A DNA stretch of 64,000 bases. Origin: Eledone cirrhosa. Lineage: Eukaryota. The notes beneath the pieces are model-generated. The model ran no database searches and was not told the DNA's origin. It worked only from the letters and a program-made list of their open reading frames with translations. Each line of letters starts with the position of its first letter. Positions within the stretch are counted from its first letter, which is position 1. The stretch is from assembly GCA_964016885.1 (NCBI GenBank), contig OZ024746.1:32798001-32862000 (forward strand). The letters run 5' to 3'. This document shows, piece by piece, positions 1 through 14,907 of the stretch. The position numbers and the translations under genes are program-made.

Positions 1-240
1 TTATATCTGGAGATCTCTCTGCACTTGTCCTCACATGCGCCCAGCACTGTGTGTCAATAATTGTCCTACCATGGGCCCAGCACTATGTGGCAATAATTGT
101 CACAGGTGTAGTGTTTGTACCAGAGGTTTCAAGTCGCTGGCTGGACTAAAAAGTCACACTCGTTCAGCGCTTCGGTAGGGGTTATCCTACATGGATGTAA
201 AGTAGTGGCCGTACTCGAAAACGAGTTGGCAGCCACCATA
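1..240 (+). mobile_element. 3' part of RTE-associated non-autonomous repeat (copy 1)
   Basis: Near-identical to 1568-1778 and 1999-2209; ends ...GTTGGCAGCCACCAT then AT-rich microsatellite. Confidence 0.75.
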
Positions 241-306
241 TATATGTATATACATATATGTATATACATATGTATGTATATATATATATGTATATACATA
301 TATATG

Positions 307-342
<36 letters not shown>

Positions 343-580
343 TATGTATATACATATATATGTATGTATATATATATATATATATGTATATACATATATA
401 TGTATATATATATATATGTATATACATATATATGTATATATATATGTATGTATATATGTATGTATATATATATGTATGTATATATATATGTATATATATG
501 TATGTATATATATATGTATGTATATATATATGTATATGCATATATATGTATATATATATGTATGTATATACATATATATG

Positions 581-615
<35 letters not shown>

Positions 616-948
616 GTATGTATATATATATATATGTATGTATATATGTATATATGTATGTATATATATATATATGTATGTATATATATATATATATCTA
701 TGTATGTATGTATATATATATATATATCTATGTATGTATGTATATATATATATATATCTATGTATGTATGTATATATATATATATATCTATGTATGTATG
801 TATATATATATATATATCTATGTATGTATGTATATATGTATGTATATATATGTATGTATGTATATATATATATATATGTATGTATGTATATATGTATATA
901 TATGTGTATGTATATATGTATGTATATATATATATATATCTATGTATG

Positions 949-995
<47 letters not shown>

Positions 996-1066
996 ATATG
1001 TATGTATATGTATGTATATATGTGTATGTATATATGTATGTATATATATATATATATCTATGTATG

Positions 1067-1111
<45 letters not shown>

Positions 1112-1167
1112 ATATGTATGTATGTGTATATATGTATGTATGTATATATATATGTATATATATATAT
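241..1167. repeat. Compound (TA)n/(TATG)n microsatellite, probably the expanded tail of the upstream element
   Basis: Direct reading; source of the Y/I/M-rich ORFs. Confidence 0.95.
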
Positions 1168-2225
1168 GTCAGGTCACCAGTTGGTGCTACTGGTAACATG
1201 TATCCCAGTACAACCTGTCCCATGGTCGGGTCGTTGGCGACTAAACTGGCAACCCCACCAAGGTTTCTTGGTGAGGAGGGTGACTTTGGACATCCTGCAG
1301 GACTAAAAACAAGACCTGTCAAAGGGCAAAGGAGCTCTTAAGAGTCAATGGCCATCCAAAATCACCGGGAGAGATGACCCCTTAGCCTTTGTCAAGGCAG
1401 AATTCTAGGAGAAGGAAAACTCTGATATAACACCTGCAACTCTGATGGTATCCAATGATGTTGACTTGTTCTTCTTTTTGGTAAATATCATCTTGGTTAA
1501 GAGAGTGGGACTGGCTTTGTGCAGTGCCTTTGCTCACTATAAAAGCTTCACGGCACAGGCATTGCTTTATATCTGGAGATCTCTCTGCACTTGTCGTCAC
1601 AGGGTACCATGGCCCCAGCACTATGTGTCAATATTTGTCACAAGTGTAGTGTTTGTACCAGAGTTTTCAAGTCGCTGGCTGGACTAAAAGGTCACACTCG
1701 TTCAGTGCATCGGTAGGGGTTCTCCTATATGGATATAAAGTAGTGGCCGTACTCGAAAACGAGTTGGCAGCCACCATGTATGTATGTATGTATGTATTGG
1801 GAGAGATGACCCCTTAGCCTTTGTCAAGGCAGAATTCTAGGAGAAGGAAAACTCTGATATAACACCTGCAACCCTGATGGTATCCAATGATGTTGACTTG
1901 TTCTTCTTTTTGGTAAATATCATCTTGGTTAAGAGAGTGGGACTGGCTTTGTGCAGTGCCTTTGCTCACTATAAAAGCTTCACGGCACAGGCATTGCTTT
2001 ATATCTGGAGATCTCTCTGCACTTGTCATCACATGGTACCATGGGCCCAGCACTATGTGTCAATAATGGTCACAAGTGTAGTGTTTGTACCAGAGTTTTC
2101 AAGTCGGTGGCTGGACTAAAAAGTCACACTCGTTCAGCGCTTCGGTAGGGGTTCTCTTACAGGGATATAAAGTAGTGGCCGTACTCGAAAACGAGTTGCA
2201 GCCACCATGTATGTATGTATGTATG
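1168..2225 (+). mobile_element. Two tandem copies (432-bp period) of an RTE 5'UTR-like non-autonomous element with (ATGT)n tails
   Basis: 1370-1797 ~ 1800-2225; contains CTAGGAGAAGGAAAACTCTGA, resembling RTE 5'UTRs; diverged inverted copy near 7100-7215 beside an RTE RT fragment. Confidence 0.65.
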
Positions 2226-3047
2226 TTTTCTCTTTCTCTTAATTTCGAGTATATTTTTTTGACCGGCCACCTTCCTGGTGGCAAGGTTGTAAAAGAAAAG
2301 AAATTGTCATCCCTTGAATCGCAAGAATGTTTTGCAAATTTTGAAGGTGCCAGCTATCGCAGCCATTTGTAGACTATGAATTAGGGAGCTGCGCTTTTTG
2401 TCCGCAAATCCAAGTTCAGTTATACTTTGGTCCAAGCGGGTTGGTATATAACCCGTAGCACCAATAATGATCAGTTATGTATGTATGTATGTATGTATGT
2501 ATGTATGTATGTATGTATGTATGTATGTATGTATGTATGTATGTATGTATGTATGTATGTATGAACGTAAGTATGTATGTATTGAGTACCATATTTTATT
2601 TGCGCCGCTATCTATATATATTAAAGCTACAACATACCCGCTCAGACTAAGAACGAAAGACTTGCTGAAGAAGGAAATTCTATGTTCAAAAAACATTATA
2701 TTGCAGACTCCTGCAATCGGAATTTGTCGATCTTGGATTTGCAGAAACTTAGCGCTGATGTTGTTTGCTGTATATGATGTATATTGTTGATATACGATGT
2801 AAGTTATATATTTTGCACTCAGCCTCACCGCTCTGTCCGGGTCAGTATATAATCTTTTCCTGGGTCCTGTATTTTCGTTACTCTAGTGATGCGGCTGGAC
2901 TGCCGACCGCTATATCTGATTTGCTAAGCTGTCTGAACGTAATGTTATTACTCTGGGGTCCTTCCTCATCCGAGTGCTAAAGCTACAGACCGATTATGCA
3001 TTCGCTAGCTTGGCCTTGTTCTAAAGCTTCGTCAATGCTGTACTAAA

Positions 3048-3154
<107 letters not shown>

Positions 3155-3583
3155 TGTTAGTGTGCGTTTGTATGCATGTGTGTGAGTGTGCGTGTGTGTG
3201 AGTGTGCGTGTGTGTGCATATGTGAGTGTACGCTTGTATGTCTATGTGCGTCTGTATACATACGCATGTATATCTCAGTACAATGTTTACAGAAAACTAA
3301 CTATCGTCTCTGTTAAAGCAGACAATACGGCGCAATCAGCCGACATTTTTTTATAAATATATTACGTTACAGTAGCGGTTATAACATCAATGTTCCTAAA
3401 ACGCCAGTTCAGCAGCATATACATTACACATTTCACATATTTCTTAATGTCACCAAAATGAGTTGGTCGTATCTACAACCATTGAAACAATTGGATAATG
3501 CAACAAATAAGTCAAACAGTCAATAGACATATTCTATATTGATTATCTTTTGTTACATTTGTACTCAAATGGTTATAGACTCT

Positions 3584-3643
<60 letters not shown>

Positions 3644-3755
3644 CATACGTATATATACATATGCTTAAGTATCAAGTTGCAACCATCATTATGTATATAC
3701 GTATGTACGTATGTATGCATATATGTATCCGTCGCTCTCCCTATATTAATATATG

Positions 3756-3822
<67 letters not shown>

Positions 3823-4150
3823 AGATCAAAAGATGGTTAAATAAGTTCATGTATTTTATTATGCGCATTTCAAAAACAAATATCATCATGCAATAATATT
3901 TGTGTTTTCATCAGATAAAATAGGAGGACATGATATGAAGGTTAAAAACACTTGTGTATAGTGCAGTTTTAAATCAACATATGAAAAGTAGTTTTAGATT
4001 GATGTGTGATATTGGGGAAACATTTTTTTTGAGGGGGGGGGGAGGAGGTTGGAAAGGATGAAAAAGAGGAGGAGATGAGGGTAAAAAGTGGAGGGGGAGG
4101 AGTATAATGAGGAAGGATGAGATAGGAGGAGAGATGGCTATATATATATG

Positions 4151-4245
<95 letters not shown>

Positions 4246-4315
4246 AGAAAGTGAGAAAGTTTTTTTTACAAAATGAAAAATAACCGAGGTGTCCTACACG
4301 AGTGAAAGTATAAAG

Positions 4316-5100
4316 AAAAAAAGATGAAATCGAAAATGCAACTGGAGTCTTATTTAAAAAAAAAAATATATATTTATTTGGTTCCTTTACCGGTTTCGCA
4401 GTTCTTCTGCTTTTCAAAAGTAGAGTTGAGATGGAGGGTCTGTGGTTTTTCTCACATCTGGTTGGTCTCTGAATATTACTTGTTTTATATGGAAAAAGTG
4501 GCTCGAAATGCCAGGTTTTTAGAGAAGTAATTTGATTGGTTAGTCAATAATTATAATAAATTTCGCGCCAGTTCGCGTTACAAAGTTCTTCAAACAAGGG
4601 GGGGGGGGGCACAGGTTGTTTTTTCATATATGAGTGTTTGAATTTCTTTTTACTTAAAAAAAAAGGGGCTCACGAAGGCTTTTTTTTTAAAAAACGTAAT
4701 TTGAATGGTTATAAATGAAATTATGGCTGTCACGTGAACAAGTTTTCATTAAATTTTCGCGCCCTTATTTGGAAATCTATTCTGTAGCCTTTTTAGAGAA
4801 TTTTATGACAAGCAAAAGATAATGGTCAAGAGAAATTGGATGGGAGAATTGTTCTGGTTCAGTGAATATGGTTAGTTCGCTGGGGTGTCAGAATTCAGAT
4901 TTTCTATTGAATAAAGAAAGTAAAGATATGTATGTTTATTTGTGTGCTTGTGTGTGTGTGTGCGTGCGTGTGTGTTTGAATTTCTTTTTACTTAAAAAAA
5001 GGGGTTCACGAAGGCTTTTTTTAAATAAACGTAATTTGATTACGTTTATTAAAAAAAAAGCCTTCGTGAGCCCCCTTTTTTTAAGTAAAAAGAAATTCAA

Positions 5101-5134
<34 letters not shown>

Positions 5135-5580
5135 AAATAAACATACATATCTTTACTTTCTTTATTCAATAGAAAATCTGAATTCTGACACCCCATTACA
5201 TTTAAAAAAAAAAGCCTTCGTGAAACCTCTTTTTTTAAAGTAAAATGAAATTCAAACACTCATATATGAAAAAACAATCTGTGCCCCCTCCCTTGTTTGA
5301 AGAACTTTGTAACGCGAACTGGCGCGAAATTTATTATAATTATTGACCAACCAATCAAATTACTTCTCTAAAAACCTAGCATTTCGAGCCACTTTTTTCC
5401 ATATAAAGCAAGTAACATTCAGAGACCAACCAGATGTGAGAAAAACCACAGACCCTCCATCTCAACTCTACTTTTGAAAAGCAGAAGAACTGCGAAATCG
5501 GTAAAGGAACCAATAATAAATATATATATATTTTTTAAAAATAAGACTCCAGTTGCATTTTCGATTTCATCTTTTTTTTT
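4316..5580. repeat. Long imperfect palindrome with internal tandem duplication
   Basis: 4323-4690 is the reverse complement of ~5203-5571; 4882-5035 of 5039-5194; centre AAACGTAAT-TTG-ATTACGTTT at ~5037; 4635-4703 repeated at 4973-5039. Confidence 0.9.
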
Positions 5581-5607
5581 TTTTTTTAATATATATATAT
5601 ATATATA

Positions 5608-5897
5608 TATGAATGTACGTATAGTATATTTGATAATATACTGTATGTTCATTTAAAAACATTTTGAAGACCATTCGGTATGAATTTTAAAGTAGTGAAT
5701 AGGTCACGTACTTAGTCTCGACAAAAGCAAAGGAGAGTAATCGAAGGTAGTACCGTTTCTCACTTACAAGTGGTTTCAAGACTACATACCCCTTCGCTTC
5801 TGTGTAGTCACTACTTTACAATTCATAGCGACTGGTCTAAATGTTTTAAAAGAAACATACAGTATATTATCAAATATACTACACGTACATTCAAATA
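5608..5897. mobile_element. MITE-like element with ~90-bp terminal inverted repeats
   Basis: GAATGTACGTATAGTATATTTGATAATATACTGTATG...CATACAGTATATTATCAAATATACTACACGTACATTC; same family at 41457-41720. Confidence 0.7.
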
Positions 5898-6284
5898 TAC
5901 ATCGTTATTTCAAAGCACCAATACTAATATATATGTGTATATACATTTTACAAAGAATCTACCATTGTCACATTTTAAATTTGTTGTTTGTTTATACTGC
6001 TACTTTTTATATTTTCATATGGAAATGAAGTAAAAATATACTGCCCAATGGATATAGCTTCATATCCAGTCATAACAGTGTGTATCCTGTTTAGAATAGG
6101 TACACCGTATCCCTGCCTGTCCAACCCATGCCAGTAAGGAAATGTCAATGATGATGATGATATATATTGGTGTTCTGCCTAATATGGATATATGTAACTG
6201 TTGATTGATTAATTTGCACATTGATATTTTGCTCTCTGAAATGATTATAAAACAATGGATTAATTTCCACCTTACTTTGTTTTC

Positions 6285-6660
6285 CAGCTGATATTGAAAA
6301 AGACTGCTGATGGAGCCAGTTGGGGGATCTTGTGGACAGGGAAATCAAGGCTGACAAATTGCAGGATTGGAAAGGCAATCACAGTGTTCCAATGGAAGCA
6401 CTCAATTTGGCCAACCGCAGCCATCAGCATATACTTTAAGCTGCGCTTGTACACCAGCATTGAACTCCCCACAGCCATCTATACCAACGAAACATGGAAA
6501 CACACTGCCTAGATGGATAGACATCTAAACACTTTCCATCAAAGGTGCCAGCATAAGATTCTAAAGATTGGGTTAGGAATGAAGAGATCCTGCAAAAAAA
6601 CAGAGTCATGTACTCTACAGGAGATTGTCACGAAGCGCCAGTCCCATTTTGTGGGTCACA
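6285..6660 (+). pseudogene. Degenerate RTE/BovB-like LINE fragment (post-RT region)
   Basis: CRIGKAITVFQWKHSIWPTAAISIYFKLRLYTSIELPTAIYTNETW resembles RTE RIGKA...KLRLY...ETW. Confidence 0.65.
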
Positions 6661-6769
6661 ACAGAAGAGTTTAAGACTGGCTGACCATGGGAACTTCTGT
6701 AGATTGATGATCTGGTTCTCATAGCTGAATCCATGGAAGATCTAGAGAATAAATTCCAACTGTAGAAAC

Positions 6770-7002
6770 AGAACCTAGAATTAAAAGGACTGAGAGTAAA
6801 CTTAAATTGTTTGTATGAAGGAAAGAAGACGTAGCCCTGATCCCATCAGGGAAGTGGTTTTGTTCAATATTTGACAGAGTTGCACGTGCTGTAATCTGGT
6901 GGGCTCTTAGAAAACTAGGAGTAGATGAATGGCTTGTGAAAGCGGTACAAGCCATGTATAGGGGAGCAGTCAGCAAAGTTAGGATTAGCAATGAGTATAG
7001 CA
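6770..7002 (+). pseudogene. RTE reverse transcriptase fragment
   Basis: Manual translation FDRVARAVIWWALRKLGVDEWLVKAVQAMYRGAVSKVRISNEYS from ~6870. Confidence 0.8.
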
Positions 7003-8235
7003 TATATATATATATATATATGAAATACGAGGCATGTGGCTTTTTCCTAAGTGAAGAAGGGCCTTTTACTGGATCATTCCCATTCTCTGAATCACGGTGA
7101 TAGGTATCTAAAAAGAAGAATAGGTCAACATTATTGGCTGCCACCGAGCCGCTTGTTTTACATCAGAGATTTCTTTCTCCTAGAATTATGTCCTAACAAG
7201 AACTAGGGGCCTCTCACAGCCGATGGGCTAACTGTGCGTTCAGGCAACAAACCGATTACTCCATGTCCCCGCACATACATCGTAACAAGGAAGCAACTGA
7301 AGGTCATGTGAAAGAGGAGAATGTAGGGATGTGCCTGGAAATGTTTAGTTAATAAATATGTCAAACGGTATGTCATGATTACAAACATGAATTGGAATCT
7401 ATTCTTCACCTACGCTTTAACAAACATATCTACTGCTCGAGTTGTTTTCATTGAATGGCTTGCAAAGACCTGGTCAACAATCATCAAACTTGTAACTGGA
7501 AGGAGAACAATAATCTCTGATGCGATATATATTTTGAAAAGAATATTCTACAATGAAAATAACAGCAATGTTGAGAAAGAGTTATATTTAGTTGTAATAT
7601 TTTCAGCTGAATGTAGAGATGGATTTTGGCAAAGAGATAATGTTCATATTTAATGGTGAGCATGGGAATACATTTTCCGATATAACAAAAAACATTAATA
7701 TCTGTGGGTCTCTTTGTATTCTCTGTTCCACACAGTGAAATGCTACACATATCTAGCTATTGACAAAAGGGTATCGTTTAAAGGGAGGTGACACTCGAGT
7801 GACAAAAATGCATTTCTCCCCAGCTAAAAATGAACCTCATAGGAAGAATTCAAAGCCTTACACATACACACACATGCAGTCGCATGCACACACACATACA
7901 AAAGCATTCACTCACACACACGAACACAGACACGCACACACGCATACACACGCATACGTATATATATATGTGTACAATTGCCTCCTGTGTTTTGTTTTTC
8001 GTTTTCAACTATATATATATATATATGTATATATATATAGTTGAAAAATACGTATATTTTTGTCTATTATTTCCTCATATTTTGTAATTTGATAAATAGT
8101 TCTGAGTTTTGAGTTATTTTAATTATTTTGATTATTTTAGCTCTTTCAGTCATCGAGTAAAACTTGTTAATGAGGAAACCATACACATACATATACATGT
8201 GAATATGTGTGTGCATTTCATTATTATATTGTCCC

Positions 8236-8425
8236 CAGGGTGGTGGATTGGCAGTATCGGTAGAGAGTCGGACGCCATACTTTGCAGCAAAGAGTTACAG
8301 CCCTTTATGATCTGAGTTCAAATCCCGCCGAGGTTAACTTTGCCTTTCATCCTTATGGGGTCGATAAAATAAAGTACCAGTAATTGCTGGCCTTGTGCCA
8401 AAAGTAGAACAAATTATTATATTAT
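8236..8425 (+). mobile_element. tRNA-derived SINE with Meta-like central domain
   Basis: A-box-like TGGCAGTATCGGTAG, B-box GAGTTCAAATCC, core GCCTTTCATCCTTATGGGGTCGATAAAATAAAGTACCAG, (ATT)n tail. Confidence 0.85.
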
Positions 8426-9955
8426 CCCAAACTTCCCTATGGTCGAGTTAACCCAGGAGTGTAGTAACTGCTTTTTCTAGCAAATACGTTATTCGCTCAC
8501 TGTCTTCCTTACTACCCGCCTGTGACCACTGTATCATGTGTTAATTTCTCCCTCCACCTTTTGAGATATTCCCACTTGCTACGAAAGAAACAGTCCTTTT
8601 TTTTTACCACTGTATCACGTGTTAATTCCTCCCTCCGCCTCTAGAGATTTTCTCCCTTGCTGCGAACGCGTCAAGGAAAAAGTCCTTTTTTCTGAGGGGT
8701 CTTTTGATAAGCTGTATCACACTCACAAGGATGATGCATTTTTATAGCGCCGAACGTTGCACACGTATCGGCGAAACTGCAGTCGGTATATTTTTGTCTA
8801 TTATTTCCTCATATTTTATATATATATATAAGGATTTGAATCTATGTTACCTTGAATTAAGCTGCTTTATCGCAGGTTGTTTTTTTACTATAAAACTAAG
8901 TTGAACAAGTTTAGCATATAAGGACCTAGAGGCAGAAAAACTGCACGGTATCGCTTGTGGGACTTGAACTCACACCACCCGAAACATTATACCTAGGTGA
9001 GTCTAATCTTTTATCTATTGTATTTAGTTTTCAAATAAAAAATATTTTCTACATACAGTTAACAATGCAGAATATTTTCTTTATTTGTTAATAGGAGACC
9101 ATCGTTATTTCAGTACATTTTAACAGTATTACTACTGATAGTGAAAAAGAGCTGCACTAAATAATCTAGTTTAGGGGGATGCATTAAGTATGGATGCTCT
9201 AATGGAACTCCGTATGTATCGACATCCACATGACAAATAAAACAAAAATTAAAAAAAATTGAAATATAAATTTTAAAGACATAGTATTTCATCGTATGTG
9301 TGATGATAATATTCACAAGAAAAGGATGTTACATCTGTTAAACTTATTCATAGCTATCTTTCCTAGAAAGGTTGCACAGTGCAATATATTCTAGATCTAC
9401 AGCGAAAAATTCTATGATAGTTACTTCTATTGTTGTTTAGCACTAGGTCCATCGGAATCCATCAGACCTATGATGAAATATATTACGGCTGCAATAATTT
9501 GGCGTTTTATCACCAACATAATATATCTAGACATAGTATATCTCACTGAAGGATTGATAGATACATTTTAAGAGGAAAGGTAACTAAATGGTTATATATT
9601 TCATCATCATCATACTTCCTTGCTATGACAGATTTAATATGATACAAATAACACAAAATATTAAATATATTGTTTACACACATATACACAGAAACAAGGA
9701 AAAACTCATATATGGACACAAAACTAAGACATATATATATATATATATATGTGTGTGAGTGGGGGGGGGGGGGGTATTCACATACACATCTCTCTCTGTC
9801 CCTTCCTCTATATATATGTGTGTATTCATGTATATATATATATTATATACGAAGAGGTATATATTATTCTAGTTCTGGCCAGGCGGTAACAATTTATCTT
9901 CAACACTAATCAATAGTTGCTCGCTTACTTATTTATCGCAGACTTTATCGATTCC

Positions 9956-10023
9956 TCATGACACTTTCGTATAAATATGACTTTCCACTAGCGTCTTCTT
10001 TGACTTCACACCTCATCAGATGA
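9956..10023 (-). ncRNA. Candidate hammerhead ribozyme (variant)
   Basis: Minus strand TCAT-CTGATGA-G-GTGTGAA...TTTATAC-GAAA-GT-GTC-ATGA; stem I TCAT/ATGA; stem III non-canonical. Confidence 0.45.
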
Positions 10024-10448
10024 TCGACGTCCTACACTCTTCTCTTTTCTTTTTACTCGTATGTTTTGTAATATTTTCTTTATTTGTGCTGTATAGCAAA
10101 CAAATCATTTACATATTTTTTAGTTTTACTTTCGCTTTCACTTTTGACTTTCACATTATATTTCTACATTTGTTTTGTTCTCAACTTTTATATTCCATTT
10201 ATTTTCATTTTCTCATCGTTACTTCTTTCGCGGTTTTCTATTTTGTCCATCCTTATATCATACTAAATGATTTTTTTTCTTAGATTGCTATTAAATACAA
10301 TAGAAAAAAAACGGCAAAAAAATACGGACAAGTATAATAATGCAATCAATACAATCATATGTAAAAAAAAAAGAATTTAGGAACACATCATTTTAATGGA
10401 AGCTTCAAGATCGACAATGACAACAATAAACAATATATATATATATGT

Positions 10449-10481
<33 letters not shown>

Positions 10482-10525
10482 ATCTATAAAGATATATATA
10501 TATATGTATAATATATATATATATG

Positions 10526-10745
<220 letters not shown>

Positions 10746-10752
10746 TATATAT

Positions 10753-10823
<71 letters not shown>

Positions 10824-10830
10824 ATTATAG

Positions 10831-10872
<42 letters not shown>

Positions 10873-10879
10873 ATTATAG

Positions 10880-10923
<44 letters not shown>

Positions 10924-11469
10924 TACACATACGTATATGTGTATATATATTAATTAGGTGTAAGAAAGATATCAACACAAAACTAAGAACAATAAGAAAC
11001 CAATAATGAATCCTTCGCAACACTAGCATCAACTAACAATAATAACAACAACAACGACAACAACAACACATAATACAAACAATTGAGCATACAAAGTTAT
11101 ACAACAACAACGAAAATAATTATACTAACAAATACAAATAGAAGCAAAGAGAAATACATTATAAATGACAAATAATAGTGCAGCCATCTGAAGAAGAACG
11201 AAGGAAACAAACAAAAATAAAATAAACTGAGTCTAAACTAACATTTAGACATTGATAGTAATGATGATAATGATGATGATGACGGTATTGGTAGTGGCGC
11301 TGCTGCTGATGGTGCTTATGTTAATGATGATGGAATCAACAACAACGATGATAATTATAATAGATATGATGATAATGTTGTTGATGATGTTGCTGATGAA
11401 AACGATGTTGAAGATAATGGCAATAATGATGATGGTGTTAAACGTGACGGTGATAACTATAACGATAAT

Positions 11470-11865
11470 AATTGTTTCTAATTTTGGCTCAAGGCCAGCA
11501 ATAACCTAGTACATTACTGGTACTTTATTTTATCGACCCCGTAAGGATGAAAGGCAATGTTAACCTCGACGGGATTTGAACTCAGACCGTAAAGAAACGT
11601 AACTATGCTAGAAAGCATAGCGTCCAACCCTCTACCGATACTGCCAATTCACCGGCCTAACTATAACGATAATAAATGTTTCTACTTTAGGCACAAGGCC
11701 AGCAATTACCCAGTGCATTACTGGTACTTTATTTTATCGATCGACCCCGTAAGGATGAAAGGCAAAGTCAACCTCGACGGGATTTGAACTCAGATCGTAA
11801 AGGGACGTAACAATGCTGGAAAGCATGGCGTTCGACCCTCTACCGATACTGCCAATCCACCTATA
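11470..11865 (-). mobile_element. Two tandem copies of the tRNA/Meta-like SINE
   Basis: CGACCCCGTAAGGATGAAAGGCAA...GGGATTTGAACTCAG occurs twice. Confidence 0.85.
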
Positions 11866-12984
11866 ACGATAATAATGAAGATAATTATGATGACACTTTA
11901 ATGGATGAGAGTTTTTCTACCCAGAAAGGATGAGCTAACGAAGGAACCTCTATGTGATCGGTAGAATTGTATAGGTAGCATCAAATTCTCTCACAAATCA
12001 TACTTTACCCTTTCGAAAACAAAAAGAAACATTGAATAATATAGGTACATTTGCATTAAGTCTGAAACACAAACAGACAAACAAAAACTGGACAATGTTT
12101 ATGGTTAGAATGCCTAGCTTAGATCTAAACATAATAAAATAATTTACATTACCAATCTAAGTGGTAGAAGACACTGAAGAAGTCTGACCGAGCTTGCACG
12201 ACCTGATCTTCAAGAAATAGCACTGACAGTTGTTTTTTCAAATATCACATTTCCATTTCAAAAAGTGTAACTCAGAGCGGAATGTGTATATAAATGATCT
12301 TTATAAAAGACACACTTGAATAGGATACAAATTTAGACATAGATAGCGTTAACTCAAATGAAGGCTGTGTAAAATAATTACTTGGAATATATTTATGTCA
12401 ATGTTTGATATAATAAAACCAATGGCCAGCCAAATATTGTGGAAAGAATTAGGGTAGCATGATGTAAATGACCTAGATAACTCTGGATCACATTAGAGGG
12501 ATCCGTCAAATACAGCTTCAGACAGCAGCCAATATCTGATCTTAATGATGATGATGATGATGATGATGATTACTATGATGATGATGATAATGATGATGGA
12601 GATGAATACGTTGGAGGCACAAACTTGAAATATATAGTTAGTTGCTTCAATATACTATCGACGCAGGATATATGGATGTATGTTTTACACTAATCGATTA
12701 AGAGAGTCAGAAAAACATCGACGAAACAGGATAGCATTTTAGCTGAGTTGCTATGAAAACAAACCAGCGAAAGACTTGGGAATAGCGTTGTAAATATGTT
12801 GCTTATACTGGTAGATTGTGTTTTCATAAAGAGAAACAACTCGCCTTATAGGTGTATTATATGTCATGATTCAAAAATATTCATAGCTTTTAGAGAGTCA
12901 CTTCTTATTTATAGATGCTTTTTGTATTACGCTTAATGTTTATTAGTTATTAGTACGAGCACCGATATATATTTATTGATATAA

Positions 12985-13041
<57 letters not shown>

Positions 13042-13069
13042 CGTTATATATATATATGTATATACGTGT

Positions 13070-13143
<74 letters not shown>

Positions 13144-13416
13144 TACGTATATAAATATACACGTGCATAATTAACACTAAATAGGAAATATCGTTATAAG
13201 TGATCGATATACACCGGTACACTCTTACTTACTTTCATATTGATTTCTTAATGCATATATATTATGGATGTGTGATTATCAAGACACAATCTAGAGCCGG
13301 TTTCAATCCCGCAGCATTGTTGTGGGCGCCTATTCTACTATAACTACAGGTTGTCAAATTCTTACACCAGAAGAATGTGGTTGACAGAAACCGTGCAGAG
13401 ACGCTCATTATATATA

Positions 13417-13625
13417 CAGGCTGTTCCCTTTTTACGCGAACTTGAAGTACGCTAATTCGCTTTAACGCCTCTTGAAAAAATATTATTAAATATTCATTTT
13501 GCGCGAATAATGCGCTATAACGCGTGTGGTTTTCAATTTCTTAATTTAGAAAATAGATTTCAATTACGCGAATTTGCTTTATGCGCCGTGTTCACGAACG
13601 CATCTTCGCGTAAAAAGTGAAGACA

Positions 13626-13628
<3 letters not shown>
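13417..13628. mobile_element. Tc1/mariner-pogo type MITE
   Basis: TA-CAGGCTGTTCCCTTTTTACGCGAA ... TTCGCGTAAAAAGTGAAGACACTG-TA; TA flanks. Confidence 0.75.
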
Positions 13629-13661
<33 letters not shown>

Positions 13662-13665
<4 letters not shown>

Positions 13666-13788
13666 CAGGATAGAACCAGTTTAAAACTAGTTAGACCGTT
13701 AAGTATTCGATACTTGGGTTGGTAGTGTATGGCTATATTAGAAAGAGTCGGTACCCGACGGCTGAGCTCTTGGCGTTTCAACAGCTAG

Positions 13789-13793
<5 letters not shown>
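13662..13793 (-). mobile_element. Short PLE-derived element related to family A
   Basis: Shares GAAAC..GAGCTCAGCCGTCGGG and the 3' stem-loop; 5' end is a mini-hairpin TTCAAC-AGCTA-GTTGAA; (TA)n flanks. Confidence 0.6.
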
Positions 13794-13823
<30 letters not shown>

Positions 13824-13828
<5 letters not shown>

Positions 13829-14039
13829 ATTATGTAATAAACAACATAAGGCAATTATTCCATTTACCAGGTTTTGCTTTCAATCCTCAGAATGAAAAAA
13901 TCCTGGTTTGTTTATTGAATTTGGATCTTAAAAAAACAAAAAAAGCAAGCTATATGAAAGTGAGGCTGGAGAAAGAAGAAGGAAAGGAAAAATAAAATAA
14001 GACTACACATACAACCACACATACACGAAAAAACATAAA

Positions 14040-14117
<78 letters not shown>

Positions 14118-14593
14118 CACACGCATACACACACACGTTATTCCGGGTTGAATCGGAGGCAGCCACAGTAAGCAAGGCACTCAGTACACCGCAGAGCATG
14201 AAAGCTTTAATATAGATGAGAATCTGCATATGTATACACACACACACACACACACGCATGTGTATGCGCGCACGCACGCACGCGTATACAAATATAAATA
14301 TAAATATATTTCCCCCATACACATGTGTGTGCGTGCAAGTGTCTTGTGAATTAGATTATACTTAGAAAATGTCTACAGAATTCCCTAAACCTTCGTCAAT
14401 TTACTAGAACCTTTAAGAATTTAGCTTTTAAGGAATCTCCCCTTCCTCCAAATCTATCTACCATGACTGACCCCATACTGATCTTACAGACACCTGTAAG
14501 CTAAAGAGAAACCTAATGATAAGGATTGGCTCCAATCTGAATACAGAAATCTGTCTGCCTTTGTTCCTCTAAGAACAAACATATACAAACATT

Positions 14594-14686
<93 letters not shown>

Positions 14687-14756
14687 CTACACACACACAC
14701 GCATACATATATATATATACACACACACATACACACACACACACATGCATATATAC

Positions 14757-14797
<41 letters not shown>

Positions 14798-14876
14798 CAC
14801 GCATATATATACATACATATATATATATATGCGCGTGCGTACACGCATACACATACGTACACATAGCTATACCCAC

Positions 14877-14907
<31 letters not shown>

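Noticed and set aside
1168-1250. HDV-like ribozyme fold
   Set aside because: CCAGTT/AACTGG and a small hairpin exist, but P1/P3 could not be placed in the required order.
115-1341. Long ORFs of 300-400 aa (and the many YI/CV/HT-rich ORFs across the window)
   Set aside because: Translations of (TA)n, (TATG)n and (CA)n repeats that lack stop codons; no protein signal.
8526-8692. ~80-bp direct duplication and a 30-bp repeat at 8053/8787
   Set aside because: Real but uninformative local duplications; no further structure found.
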